From contig CAJFCJ010000004.1 in assembly GCA_904063045.1 (NCBI GenBank), positions 1,605,713 through 1,669,712 of the forward strand: a DNA stretch of 64,000 nucleotides, written 5' to 3'. Below are positions 31,001 to 44,441 of the stretch, piece by piece (positions within the stretch are counted from its first letter, which is position 1; every line of letters begins with the position of its first letter). Source of the DNA: Dimorphilus gyrociliatus (taxonomy: Eukaryota > Animalia > Annelida). The position numbers and the translations under genes were made by a program. A model generated the notes under the pieces. The model was not told the DNA's origin. It ran no database searches and saw nothing but the letters and a program-made list of their open reading frames with translations.

Positions 31001-32013
31001 TTATGAAATGTCTTCCACACAAGCGTTTTCTTCATCTGAAACACTTGTTAAATCACTTGTAGTAACGTCACTCATGCAGGGGGACGATACTGATTGAGCT
31101 GATCGATTGTTCTCTTGTATGCAACACGTTAATTCATTAAACGTTTGAGGTGAAATATCATTCTCGGCAATTGATAACCTTCTCAGACTTTTATTGTAGG
31201 AACGTATTGAGAATAGGAGCGATCGCCCCCCCTGTTCCCCGATGGAACAGCCTTCAATGTCCAAAGAATGTAATTGCTGGCAAGATGCAATTGCCACCGA
31301 TAATCCGGCGGCGGCGTAATCCCCCAATTGATTATAATCGATTTGCAGACTTTCCAAACGGTCGTTATGATTGATTGCGGCAAAAAAGAGATTCCATGCG
31401 AATGAAGTCACGGAACGATTGGCACTTAGAGTAAGATTTTGTAAGCCTATAAATGATAAAGATGAGCAATTAAATATGTAATTGAAAAGAGTATTTTTAC
31501 CTGGCTTAGCTCCGTTACGTGCTAATAATTTAGTAACATGCATCAAGCCGTCATCAGAAATATGAGCGTCCCCAACATCTAGAGTGACGATGTGGGGATG
31601 ATTATTCAGAGCAGATGCGAGCATAGCCATTCCATCGTCAGCCAAATTGGAGCTATGCAAGCTGAAAAGAAAAGGGGAAAAATCGATAGAAGGATATGTA
31701 AAAAAGAATTCCTTTTACTCCTTATAACAGTATCGACTTACAGTAAAGTCGTTAGACTGCGGTTGCTTTGTAGAGCATTGGTGAGGTAGGCTATTCTCCG
31801 TAGGCTATTTATTACTGAAACATTAAGATTGAGGTGAAGTAGACTTGACGATTTGCCAACTCCTTCCATTAATTGTCGAAAGTGCTTGTCTGATAACGTA
31901 CATTCTCTTAACGATAGCACTCGTAGTTGATTATTCGTTAATGACTTGTGAATATCTTTACATTCAGATGAGCCAACTTGCTGACCACACATTTGAACAC
32001 TTCCGAGCAACAT
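31001..32013 (-). CDS. LRRC73: Leucine-rich repeat protein 73
   Basis: MLLGSVQMCGQQV..LSLREC..LNLNVSVI..NRSLTTLLLH..LDVGD..GAKPGLQNLTLSAN..DYNQLGD..LDIEG..AENDIS aligns along its length with human LRRC73. Confidence 0.92.
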
Positions 32014-35000
32014 ACCTGTTGATACGAATATGATCAAATTATTTTCGACTCTACGAATGTACAGACTTTAAAGAGTCTTTTATAAGGCTTTTCCTCTCTT
32101 TTGCTTTCAGACTTCTAACGCGTTTTTATCCTACGAAAGCGGCTATGAATAATAAATCAAGCGGCGAGTTTCCTTTCCCCTTAGCTTTCATCTTCTAAGC
32201 CGTCTTAATACTGATACAGACTAAAACCCCAACTGCAAAGATCGACCAGTACCAGCAGAGCAATCAATGTAAATAAAACTATTTTGTCCTTTTATACGCG
32301 TATATTGCTCTGCAAAGTGCATTGTACATATATAGTAAAGAGTTTGTGAGGGAAGAGAGGGAGAATGAGAGAGAAAACTGCAGCCTACTGCATTACTGTC
32401 AATTTGACTGCATTAGCTCGGCTACGTTGCACGCTATTCCGGCTTTCTGTATTGTCACGCTTTTCTTTGCAGTTTCCGCCACAGTTCGTTCTCTTAATCA
32501 GACGAGACGGCCGTTTTTATTATACCAAATTTGAAAGAGTGTGGCAAGAAGAATAATTAAGTGTACCAACTGCTCACGCGTTTTGTAAACGAATATTCTA
32601 TTTATCAACCGCTTTGTTTGCTCGACGACGCCGTCCTCGAAATTCTAGATCGATGTTAATTGCATTTAATTGACAAACGTGCGCTAGGCCGACGTATTTT
32701 TTTTTAAAGCTAATCAATATCGACAATTGATTTTTTTTCAACAGTGCGTTTATCTATAATAATTTCTCTCTTAACATATTTTAAGATAAATCTAGAATTC
32801 CATCGATACGAAATACAAACTGTCACATAATTTCCTGTCTCTTTTTATCATATAAAAACAAAAAATATTGTGTTTTCCTCCCCCTTTTCCTCTCCTACCA
32901 TTAAAATAACTATGCATGAAAAGAATTAATTTTTTTACGGTCGAAATCCATAAAGATATTAAAATATATATAGATATATATACACATAAGCATTTGAGCT
33001 GCACATTTTCAGTTTTATAAACATATTGCAGTCGTGCTGTGTTTTGAACATAAACGATTATTTCAGGTTTACTCTTTCTACAGTCTATAAATTCTTTATG
33101 CTATATACAGTATATTTTTAATAAATGTTTTTACAATATACAATAATATATGGACACATTTTTCTACATACCACATTGGTCTTTTTAGCCTTTTCTTTTT
33201 AAAAGAGTAATTTTACGAACCTTATTGATCAGAAGAAATTCCACTCTCCTTTAAAAGGTTACTATTTGTACAGCTTAGGCCAAAATCGACATTCCTTCCA
33301 GTTTTTGTCGTTTTTGCAGAGCGAGTTCGCTTCTATCGAACGGATTATTGTCGATGAGCAGCGAGATCGTCTTAATTATGCAACGACGCCATCTGGTCTA
33401 GAAACGGGTACTATTTTGTTTAGCGCTTTACTCTACTGGCAGTTATGCGTCGAAACGTAGTGATACGCATTGAACATAACTGACAAAAAGGATTAAGCAT
33501 TAGGCATTCTGGTTAAAAAGCCGGCCTTTGTTAATTATAACAGGATAGAGCATTGTTTCTGACAATGAACAACGGTACCAGCCCTCCGATTAAAGATGGA
33601 AATACTGAAATATTTGAAGGATGGCTACACGTTTGGGGTAAGAATAGATATCAATTAATCTTTTTATTTTAGCGTTTTCTATTAATCTATTATTAAGTTA
33701 GAAAAATAATTTAGAGACTGTCTGCAGTCTAAATTAAAAATAGACCGTAATCTCTACCTTAACAAGACAGTTCTTTTCCGCCCTTTATTTCCCTTCTTTG
33801 TAATCGTATTTTTATATATTCTATATGTTCTTTTAAAAACATTCTCAAACCCAGTCAACTTCAGTCATCGATTTTTTTATTCCATGACATATTTAGATTT
33901 ATTTGTTATAGAATTGATTTAATTAGGCTGCTAGTCGGCGATTTCAATGCGACTGTCGTAGTATTACGTAATATTACAACGCTGGCTAATCAACTTGACG
34001 CCATGACACTTTGACGTTAAAAAACATTCTTTGTCAAACTTTTTTGGCGGGAAACAGCTGCGTTTACGTAAGATCACGATAGCTCGCCAAATGAGAATTA
34101 GGATGAGTAAGAAAAATGCAAACCTCTATTTGATAAGAGTGAGTGATCTGCCCAGGTGTAACGTACTGTATAAATAAATTCCAAAAACTGTCTCGTCGTT
34201 GACTGTTAATTCCTAATTAATTGAATAATTTGCATTCTATGGCTGACAAAGCATAGGAGACCATCTGTTGTTAGTCAGAACAGCTTGATTATAGAATATA
34301 TATCAAGAATATTTCAATTTTTATTAGGTCTATATTAAATTCTCTCTTGAAAATTTAGTATAAAAAGTATAAAAAAAGTCTAACCTGGCTAGAATTTTAT
34401 TATTTAGTTAAAAAATTTGATACTTTGTCGTAGGTTTGACACAAATTAACTATGTTTTATAATTTAATCAACGTATGTTCGTTGTTTATACCTCACTTTT
34501 TTTATAAAAATAACAATAAAAACTGTTAGGCGTGCGTTTGAATTTTTGTTTGTAAATCGAGCCGATTAATAAACATAGCAATATCGGGAGGAATACCTCG
34601 ACATAGGCTTATTTGTTTGAGGTCGTCTGCTAAATAGAAAGTAGTTCCAGAATTATCCTTGTCATGCCATCTAGCGGATTGTGTCATTTTCAAGTTGAGT
34701 TGATTGAATGAGATGAATAACTGAATAAAAAATTTATTACTCACTGATAAAAAAAATAAATGTCAAAAGAATAACACGCCTTTTAACACACAGAAACAAC
34801 AAAGGCTGTGGAGGAAAAGTTATTTGGTGCTTCTATAATGAAACCACTTCCGAATTGGGACCCTCAATTTATTATAATAGATACGACACTCAGGGCACTT
34901 AAACATTTTCGTAGTGAAAAGGTTTCCTCTATTTTTTTTAAATACTATGAATATATCACTAATTCCATTACGCACCTAAAATAGCAAGCTGAGCAAACTT

Positions 35001-35453
35001 ATAATAAAAGAAACAGGCGACGAAGGCGATTGGATGGAGGAAAAGAACAATTTGATAAACAATGGGGATATGAAACTCTTGAAGCTATAAAAGAAAACGC
35101 TAGTCATCATTCTTTCGAAAAAAGTAAGTAAATTTTCTGTGTTCTATATTTGCTTTTTTGTTTTTTTTATCTTGTTCTATTTTTTTTATTCCCTTTCTTT
35201 GCTGTCTAATTAATAACAACCATCATTCAAATTTCCGCTAAACGGCTTAACATTTCATTTGAATTCGCATTCTGTTTACCATTTGTTTATCTCGTTAGGT
35301 TGAATAATTTTCAAAGGCGTATCGTCTTTTAATGTCCCTACGTAATTTATATATTTGAAATTTAAATTTTGAGTAATTATTTATTGTTATTGTTATTCTC
35401 CCCCAACTGGGTTACCTTTAAAAAAAAGCACTCAAAATAAACAAAAGTTTCAA

Positions 35454-36337
35454 ATGGTAAGTGTATCGTAAGAAGTTAACTTAACATGTTAACCAGTAAA
35501 GATATTTGGCAGAATTCTAGACAGAATTTTAACTATTCTATTCCACGGACGATGTACTTGGGTAATCCATTTTTTCCGCTTTATTATAATTCATCGCTTG
35601 TTAGTCATGATCAACCGGAAAATTTTACGCCAGAGGCCAATATTCAGCAGTATTGTGCTATGAACGCCTTATCCCCATCGGATATTTATTCGGCTGGTTT
35701 CCATTTCCATATGACAACTTATCAAGGAAATCTAAATTCGACTTCTCATTATTTTACGCATCAATTTTCTTCCTCTACGCCGGAAACTAGAGAGGAAGAA
35801 CAATCTGTGGAAGAGGATGATGAAATTGATGTTGTTACAATAACTGATGACTTCCAGCCCTTAGATATATCACAAGCTCATGATGATAACCAGACTTCAC
35901 CAGGTCAGGATGAGGTACAAGTTAGAGGAAGGCGATTTCCTGATCAAGTATATAAAATTTTGTATAGGTGGTACGATTCACACATAGACTATCCATACGC
36001 TAGTAAAAGTGTAATTAGAGATTTAAGCCGTCAAACAAAATTGTCCAGTAAACAGATTAAAAGATGGTTACAAAGGAAACGGAGAACTACAAGGAATATT
36101 GGCAAGTACTGTAGAACAAAGGATAACAGCCAATCACAAGTGTCATCAAATGAAGCTGAGGACATTGGTGAAAGTGCAGTTTCACAAGAATCATACACTT
36201 ATTCTACTTTTACTAAATCGTCAGAGTTGGTCGCTCAATCCAACCAAATAAATGCCCAAAATAGCAAAATAAATAAAAGAAAGGTTGATAGATATGATAG
36301 CGATGAAACTTATGACAAAAACGATAAGCACCAATAA
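35454..36337 (+). CDS. Divergent TALE-class homeobox protein
   Basis: Homeodomain RGRRFPDQVYKILYRWYDSHIDYPYASKSVIRDLSRQTKLSSKQIKRWLQRKRR with the TALE insertion (HIDYPY). Probable ATG at 35454 followed by a GTAAGT intron to 35512; ORF track start is 35486. Confidence 0.8.
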
Positions 36338-37436
36338 AGATTGGGCATAAACGGATATCATATTCGTTAGATGGCGACACAAGTCTGGAGATCTTATTAA
36401 TTTGTTTGGGGGGGAGGGGGGAATGAGTATCCGCTCGGTCGAATGCCACTGGGATACGGGTTCAATGTTGTCGAAAGTTCTATTTGCATCAATAATTATT
36501 TGCTATTAAAAGGCAACATAAGATCGACCTTATTCGGTCGCGCATGATTAAAAGGCTATTGATGATAATTTGATCTTGGTGAGAACGAGACTGAGCTTAG
36601 CTAAGTTGATTTTGTTTATGTACAGAGTGACCCTTTAGTGACCCACGACAAGGAATGGATACTATTGTGCAAACGGCCAATATAGGACCGTTTGAGTGGC
36701 GTAATAGTGTTATTTTACACTTTGTCGTCTATCCGTGCGTAAAATTCCAGCCGCTAAATCGTTAGTAGTTAAAGCCGTTGAATGTGGAAATTAGAAGTGG
36801 AATTATACGTTCAATGTAGGAAAAAAGGACCAGTGCAAACACGGATTGCTTTTCCGACTGGGAACTCAATATTTTTCCAGTCGTTAACGACTATAACGTT
36901 ATTGCAGTTGGCGGCGTCGATAATTCGACTTGGCAGCGACGTCCCGCCGGAATGGGTCCAATGTTTCTCTTCTATTGCATTTTTTTTTACAGTTTCATTA
37001 TATTAGTTTGACCGTCTTATTTATTATATAGTCTATATTTATAGACTATATATCATATATACTGTATATATTCTCATATACAGAATAGGTATATATATAT
37101 ATATGTGTATGTGTGTAAGAAAAAGGAAAAACGATGACGTAAGCGACCATTAAGAGCTTTTAACAAGTCCATTAGATTGGCAGATGGTAGCCTTATTGAG
37201 TTTTTGTCTTTGGCGGTCTGTTTTCTGTTCGTGACAAGGAAAAAAATTGAAATTGTTAGAACAAAAAAAAAATCCCTCTAAAAAGTTAAAATTTAAGCGT
37301 ATGCGAAAAAATAGCCAAAGCGCTGGCGCTGACCGCTCTGCAATTTCGAGAGGGCGCTTATACGAAAAAGGCCCGGCTCGCACGTCGGACGAACGTTGCA
37401 GTAGCGGCTGTTTGTTTCTTCGATCGCAATTCGATT

Positions 37437-40400
37437 ATGGGAAACGCCGCTTCCGATTTCTTGCCTTGTACTTCCAGGGCGACTAAGATTGTTCCCAGCG
37501 ACTCGTTTGATATGTTTCTTCCTGTCGAAGGTATTTCTAGTATTTTTATAAATATAACATTATCTAATTTCATTTACACGCCCTCTAACAATCGTCTATT
37601 GTTTTCTCTTTTTTTCTCGTTTTGTACTTCTCTTTGAAGGAGATCTTGTTTCATGCATACATCTGTCGAGCTCATCCATCATCTTACGTATGCAATAATC
37701 TTATATTCCCTATCCCCCTCTCGTTATTTTCGCTGCTAAATGTTAGAATTGTCGAATAAAAAAAGTATTTTAATAACAAAATAATGATATAAACAGCTGC
37801 TAATATGTCGAACGCTCTGGAACGAAAAAGTAGAACGCTAGATCTGAAAAGCAAGAGTACAGGTAAGATACTATTTGTAATTTTTAATTAGTTATAGTCG
37901 GTTAAAATGTTGTAGATAAGTTTTCCATTAGCGCCATCTATACTTTATTCAAGAGTACCATATTTATCATACATATACAAGCGACTTGTGTATACGCCTA
38001 CGACTGTTATGTGTAAACTAGAGATTTGCCGACGAGGAGGCTTCCAGCTGGCAGACGAAATTGTTATACCGCTAATAGGCTGTAGGATTAGTAATATAAT
38101 TTTTCCGTGTATTTTTTATGATATACGTGTTGCGACAAGCAACAATTTTCCCAACTCTTCACCGCGCCTACCTGCCCAAGGGCGGTTTTGTGTTTCGGTT
38201 CGCTAAAATTGATTGGGTTATAGGCATCGAACAATAGACGACTAATTTGTTCGTAAGATGAACGACATCCATTTATATTGAGAATAAGAGAGAAATTTAA
38301 TGCCTCTTGAACTGTTTTGAAAATTGGGAAAGGGCAACAGGTGTGGCTTAAGAAATAGATTATCGTCTAGGTATTTTTATTGCTTAAAAGAATCAATCGA
38401 AAAGATGGAATGTGCATTCACCATATAAAAAGTCAGATTGTCTGGAAACGATGGAACAGGTGATGAATCGCTCCGTTTGTTATTATTCTTAACGTTCACC
38501 TCCCGCGACCCATCCGGAAGTTCAAAGAGCCGCCGATTAGATGGATGAAAGAAACCGACTCTGACCGGGAATCGGTCGTATGCCGAAAGCGTCGGGCGGC
38601 AAGCTACTTTGATGTGGTGTCACGTGATGCTTGACCCTTCTGACACCTAGCGTTTAGAACGGCTTTTTGAACGTGCTCATTGTGCACCAATCCCAAACGA
38701 AACTCGGGAAGTGGAGGTAAAAAAAACCTTTGTGAAATTTTACGGCGTTTCATCAACTAATGCGCAGTACGTAGGTGGCGAGAGAAGCGCCTTAGAAAGG
38801 GCGTCGAACGCGCCACCGCCGTCTTGTTGTCATTTAACGATGAGGAGCGTTTTTGGAAAGGATCGTCATAGCGGCGATGTGATAGTATATACTTGCCAAC
38901 TCCAAAAACGTCATTCCATTACGATTATGCAGCGTTTCTTTCAGAAAAAAAGCGGACGACGATCATCGTTATTTTCCGGTTTGAAAGGGATAGGTGAGTT
39001 TACTCGGCGGGAGTCGGCATTATTTGTTATTGTCCGTCGGCAAATCGAAATTCTAGACATTGTTGAATATGAAAAATTTTAGAAGTAGGCGGTGGAGAAA
39101 AATATAAATGAGGAAAAAAACAACGACCTTACTGATGGCGTTGAGTACTCGCGAACCTGGTTACCGAGGCGTTTTTTGTTATTTTGTATCTACTTAAAAA
39201 CGTAAAATGTGGGTGTTTGAATATTTTATATGTTAAAGCGACCGGTAGTTAAATAAATACTTGTTGACATTCAGCGTTTATTGCTATTGTTAACATTCAA
39301 ATAACAGATTCGGCACCCTGGTCACCAAATTCTAACAATAACGAAAAGAAATGGTTTAGCGGTGTCAGGAGAGGAAGTCTACCGGCAGCCAAAAGCAGCT
39401 GTGAACTGGATTCTGAACCGTCTACACCATCTAAATTAGCCGTAAGTATTCTTGCAATATTCTTACAGCTGCGAGTTTTCGTTCTTGTTTATTCATAAAC
39501 GTCTCAGTTCTGATTGGCTACCAGCTGTAGCTATTGTTGAGCAGTTTTACCGCCTTATTCTTGCTTTCAGAATTTCTTCAGAAATAAGCTCACCAGCAGC
39601 AAGCAGTCGTTGAAGAGGACGAAAAGCGTGACAAAATTAGATAGGAATAATTCGAATGAAGCTATTTGCCCAAATTCGGCAGATAATCGACGGAGAAGGG
39701 GTAGCGCTGCTCTTGCTGAACTCGATGGGTAAGTGATTTGAGTAGTATATAAGCTTGTATACAGTATACGTATAATTAAAAAAAACGACAATACGTTAGA
39801 ATTTTCCCTCTTGTCTTTCGCTTTGTTTGGCAAAAATACGCGCTATCAGTATTGTTCGTTATCGTCCGCTAATTGAAAACAGAACAAAAGGCGATTGAAA
39901 TTCATTATGAGCTTTCGAATTGGGATTTAGGTGTTTTTTAAATGTGAAAGTGTGGTTTTTACTTACCCACCCCGACCATTTCACCTTTATTTTTATTTCA
40001 CAAGTCATTCACAAAATACTCTTATTGGACTAATCATGTTTTTGCATGGCTATATTTGGATGCACGTTTTATAATTAAGATATACCGTTATCTGATTATC
40101 GATAGACGACAGCATATTTATCCTTCTTAGCAGCATCGATTATTCTATGTATTAACAGCATGTCGTGTACGTCGTCTTTCGACAATATACGTAGCGTAGA
40201 AGAGGATCTTGGTTCAACATCGAATTTAAAAAGGAGTAGAAGCTTGGGACGTTTAACTAAACGTTGGAGGCGTTCGTCTTATAGGCCGAAAACGCCGTCA
40301 ACTATCGATTGCCAGCCGAATATCGACAAAAAAATCAGTGTTGCTGTAAAGAAAAGACACACTTTTCTCGGGTACGTGTTTGTTGTTGCTAACTGCTTCT

Positions 40401-43400
40401 ATCTTTATTTTTAATTATTTTTACTTTAGCATGCCTATGTATTTTTTCACCCCTATTAACCCAAAACTAAATTTTCCATATGAAGCGTAAACACTGACGA
40501 GGTGTTTTCTAACGAATTTGTGACGTCTTTCGGAGGCATTGCGTACAGTACCTAATGACATATCGCCTTTTGCTATTTTCAGACCTTGCGAATGTGCGCG
40601 TATAAGCAAAGATAATTGGAAAACCTGGTATTTTCCTCATATATGCTAATATTATTTCGTATCAGTTCCTGTAGACCTTTCGCTATTCTCCTCAAACTCG
40701 CTCTAACTGTATTGATTTCCTCTTGACGACAGATAATAAACCATAATGCCGTACAGTTTTTAGGTTCATCTTTTATTAGAACAATAGTTTTTTCAGTCTA
40801 CTTATCTTTTTGCGTTTAAACAATATTAAATTTATCTTCTTACTTAAAATATTCATAAACTATTTTCTGCTTTAAGTAATACCATATTCGCAATATGATT
40901 ATGGTTATATGCTGAGCAATATTATTGTTAACGCTAATGATGATGCATTATACTTATAAATTATCTCACAGGCATCTAATCTCATCTCGGATTCGAGCAT
41001 CGCGATCGCATGAATCTCTGCTCTCTGTCTGCTCCTCTAATATGCAGACTATCCAGCTAGATTCGTCAGATTCAATTAGTATTAAGAAACTTCATTCGTC
41101 TCTTTTTGGCCACGATCATTGTTTTTCTGTTACAACCCAACATGGTTGCAAATATTATTCGTGTAGAAACTCAACTGAGAGAGACCAATGGATAAAGTGT
41201 ATACGTAAGACTCTTAGACCGATGGAAGAACATACAAAACGAAAAGACGAATCGTTGAGCTTATGCATACAAGAAATGAAGAGAGTTGCTGTAAAGAAGC
41301 GCTACTTTTGTGAAATTCTACTCGACAAAAAGCTGTACGCTCGGACGAGCGTAAGCGAAAAAACAGATACTTACTTTTGGGGGGAAAATTTTCAATTCAA
41401 GTAAGTGCTCGATCTCTTGACATTCCATATGTAATTACTTCGGTTTATAGCAACTTGAACGACACTCGGGAGATCAGCATAGACATCTACAGAGAAGCCG
41501 AAAGGAAGAAGAAAAAGGATAAGAACGTGCTAATTGGAAGCGTTCAAATTAATGTCGATGAACTCAAAGGTTACGGCATTGTTGACCGTTGGTTCACTGC
41601 TACCGCGCCCTCTATCTCCCAAAATAATAGTATACTAATGAGACAACGATCTTTAGATTCCAAAGCTGATTTTTCTCCATTAATTCGTGTAACTGCTCAT
41701 TATGAGGAAATAGAAATATTGCCCAACAATTCATACGAAAGACTAGTTCGAGTAAGTAATTTAAGTATGCAAGGATAACTTCTCTCTCAAGATAAAACCT
41801 ACTTCTTTTTCAGTACGTTGAGCAAAATTATATGAAAATTATTTCCACATTCGAGCCACGGATTACAAAGGTCAAAGACAAGGAGCTATTGGCTTCATGT
41901 CTTGTTCGCGTAATGCGAAAGTGTAACAAATCTGCAGATTTTTTGGCAAAAGTAGTTTTAGCTGAAATTAGAAAATCGTCTAACGCTCATTTAACTTTAC
42001 GAGGGAATTCGGTCGCTTCTAAAGCTATGGAAAAATTTATGCAGTTAGTCGGTGAACGCTATCTGCACGATACCTTGTCACAATTCGTCACTAGCATAAT
42101 CGAAAACGTCGATTTAGACTTCGAAGTTGATCCCACTCGTCTAATCAACCCCAATAACTCTTTGGATAAACATCAAGACAATTTGAAACATTACGTTGAT
42201 GTGGCTCTCTGCAAAATTTTCGCTTCGCTAAGCTATTTTCCGAATGAACTTCGCCAGGTGTTTGCTAGTATGAGAGACCATTTAAAAGAAGAAAATAAAT
42301 CTGATTTGGTAGTAACTCTAATGTCGGCATGTGTTTTCCTGAGATTTATATGTCCAGCTATACTATCTCCAAGTATGCATGGATTAGCGAAAAAACTACC
42401 GGGAATGAAAACTCGACGTAACTTGACGCTAGTGGCAAAGGTTATACAAAATTTAGCAAATTTTTCTCATTTTGGTACGAAGGAAGACTATATGATTTTC
42501 TTCAATTCTGTTGTTGACTCCTATATGGGTAGTATGAGAATGTTTCTTGATCAAATTTCTGTAAGTATATTTTGTTATTTATACGAATCTTTTGTAGCAT
42601 TTGTTTTTATCTCATGGCAGACTAATGCGAAAAATGCTGATAGCGATCAGTTATATTTTGAAAGCGATGTCGAAATTGGAAAATATTTATCAATATTGCA
42701 CTCGTTACTCGAACGACTTTTTAACGACGTGAAGGAAGGCGAGGTAAGAAAAGAAAAAGAAATATGTCGATTGTTCTCGTCACGAACCCTCTTTATTTAA
42801 TGAAATTTTTCCACAGGACAATATAAAAGATCCGGACTTGAAATCGATTCTTGATGATATCCGCCACGAATTGGATTATGGTATTAAGCCGATATCTGAA
42901 ATCACTTTACCGACAGAATGCGGCAACAGGCAGGGTTATCCTACTGTACGTAGTGTATATGATAATGTTGAAGATGATGATTCGGATAAACAAGATCAGA
43001 ACGCTAATAGTCCTATTAGAAAACTTGTCCCTACGCCTGTTTTAACAAGTACGCCCGATAGAAATACAGAAGATGTAAACAATTCATGGAACGCCATTGT
43101 GTCGGCTGCCCAAGCTGTAAGTGGTCAATATCCAGATAATATACTTCCACCTGTAGACGATGAGGATGAAGAAGAATCCCGCGTTGAACGTGCAAGTCAA
43201 GTATCAGCTATGGCATCTTCCGGTTATCAATCCCTAGGTGGCAGCTCACCTACAGAACCCCTCGCCTTTCATAATCCTGCTTTTAATCACTACCGAGCAG
43301 CCTCGAGGTCGTCTAGTTCATCAGACTCGCCTAAAGCTACAGATTCTTTAATATATCATCACCAGTATTCTCATCAGCCAAAGAGAAGTGAAAAGTCCGC

Positions 43401-43761
43401 TAATGAATACGAGAACGAAATTTTGAAACTCCGCCATCAATTGGCTAAAGCCGAATCTCGTTTAGCCTCCGCCGAACAACAACTGTGCCAACAAACTACT
43501 GAGAAGAAAGATAGTGAAGCTCAATTGAAAGAATTGTATGATAAACTATCATTAATGGAAAGAAGATTGAAGGAGGAGAAGAAAATGATGCAGGGAAATT
43601 TCGGTCAGAAACAACAACAAATCGATAGTCAAGAGAAGAGGTTGGCCGCGTTAGACGCCGCCAATGCTAGGCTTTTATCTGCCTTAGCTCATTTAAGAAC
43701 ACCAAACTCGCCTGAAGGCCCGAAATTGTCACTGGACTATTCAGCGTCAAGTTCTTGTTAA
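37437..43761 (+). CDS. DAB2IP/RASAL2/SynGAP-family RasGAP (PH, C2, GAP, coiled coil)
   Basis: SLKRTKSVTKLDR, SRSHESLL, PH domain, C2 LYARTS..FWGENF, arginine finger LRGNS, FLRFICPAILSPS, RNLTLVAKVIQNLANF, C-terminal coiled coil. Confidence 0.95.
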
Positions 43762-44441
43762 AAAGTTGATAAAAGAATATTTTAAGAAAGAAAAGACTGC
43801 ATGTTCTAGTCACTTTTTTGTATACAGGTGCTCACCGTTTCTGTTAGAGCGGGCTGATGATATTTCTTTTTGTGTACAGACTTTTTTGTTGTCCAATTGT
43901 AATACTTAAATGATCCGTTGTTAATATACGCTGCAATATAGTGTAATATTTTTGCGGTTGTTGCGCGGATGTAGTATTGGCGACCTATAATTGCCAGTGT
44001 CAGAATAGGACAAAATCGGTAACAAAACGGCTTTTTTTCGTCTAACCACTTCTTCTGATTGAACTTCACCTGGCAAGTTACGCCTTTGAAAGCCGAGTAG
44101 TTTTAAAATTATTTTTCCTATTTGTAAAGATTTTTTACTCGGTTCCAAATCGGGAATTTTGTTATTGAGACGTAATTGAAGAGTCATTAAATTGGTGTCT
44201 TTATCTTTTTAATTTTGAATGTTCAACTCCTGATTTACAATTAATTAGCGACTTTCCAAAGTAAACTTTGATTGTCTTAAGGATTCATCTCTCTATTCTT
44301 AAGAGATTTTGCAGTTTCGGACATATTTGATATTTAAAATTTTGAACTCTGCCCTAATGACGTATCTTTTTTGGGCGTTAACGCAGAAACGTGATGGAAG
44401 TATAAACTTTTTTTTATTAAGCCGACACATTCAGTCGAGCG

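Noticed and set aside
30811-31044. ORF with a poly-Tyr run
   Set aside because: Translation of the (TAA)n microsatellite on the minus strand.
33439-33483. Hairpin CAGTTATG...CATAACTG as a possible pre-miRNA
   Set aside because: Only about 8 bp of continuous stem with a large bulge, and no match to conserved miRNAs I know.
37025-37052. 13-bp perfect inverted repeat with a 2-nt loop
   Set aside because: Almost all A/T within a TA-rich tract; no transposon terminal repeats or target-site duplication.
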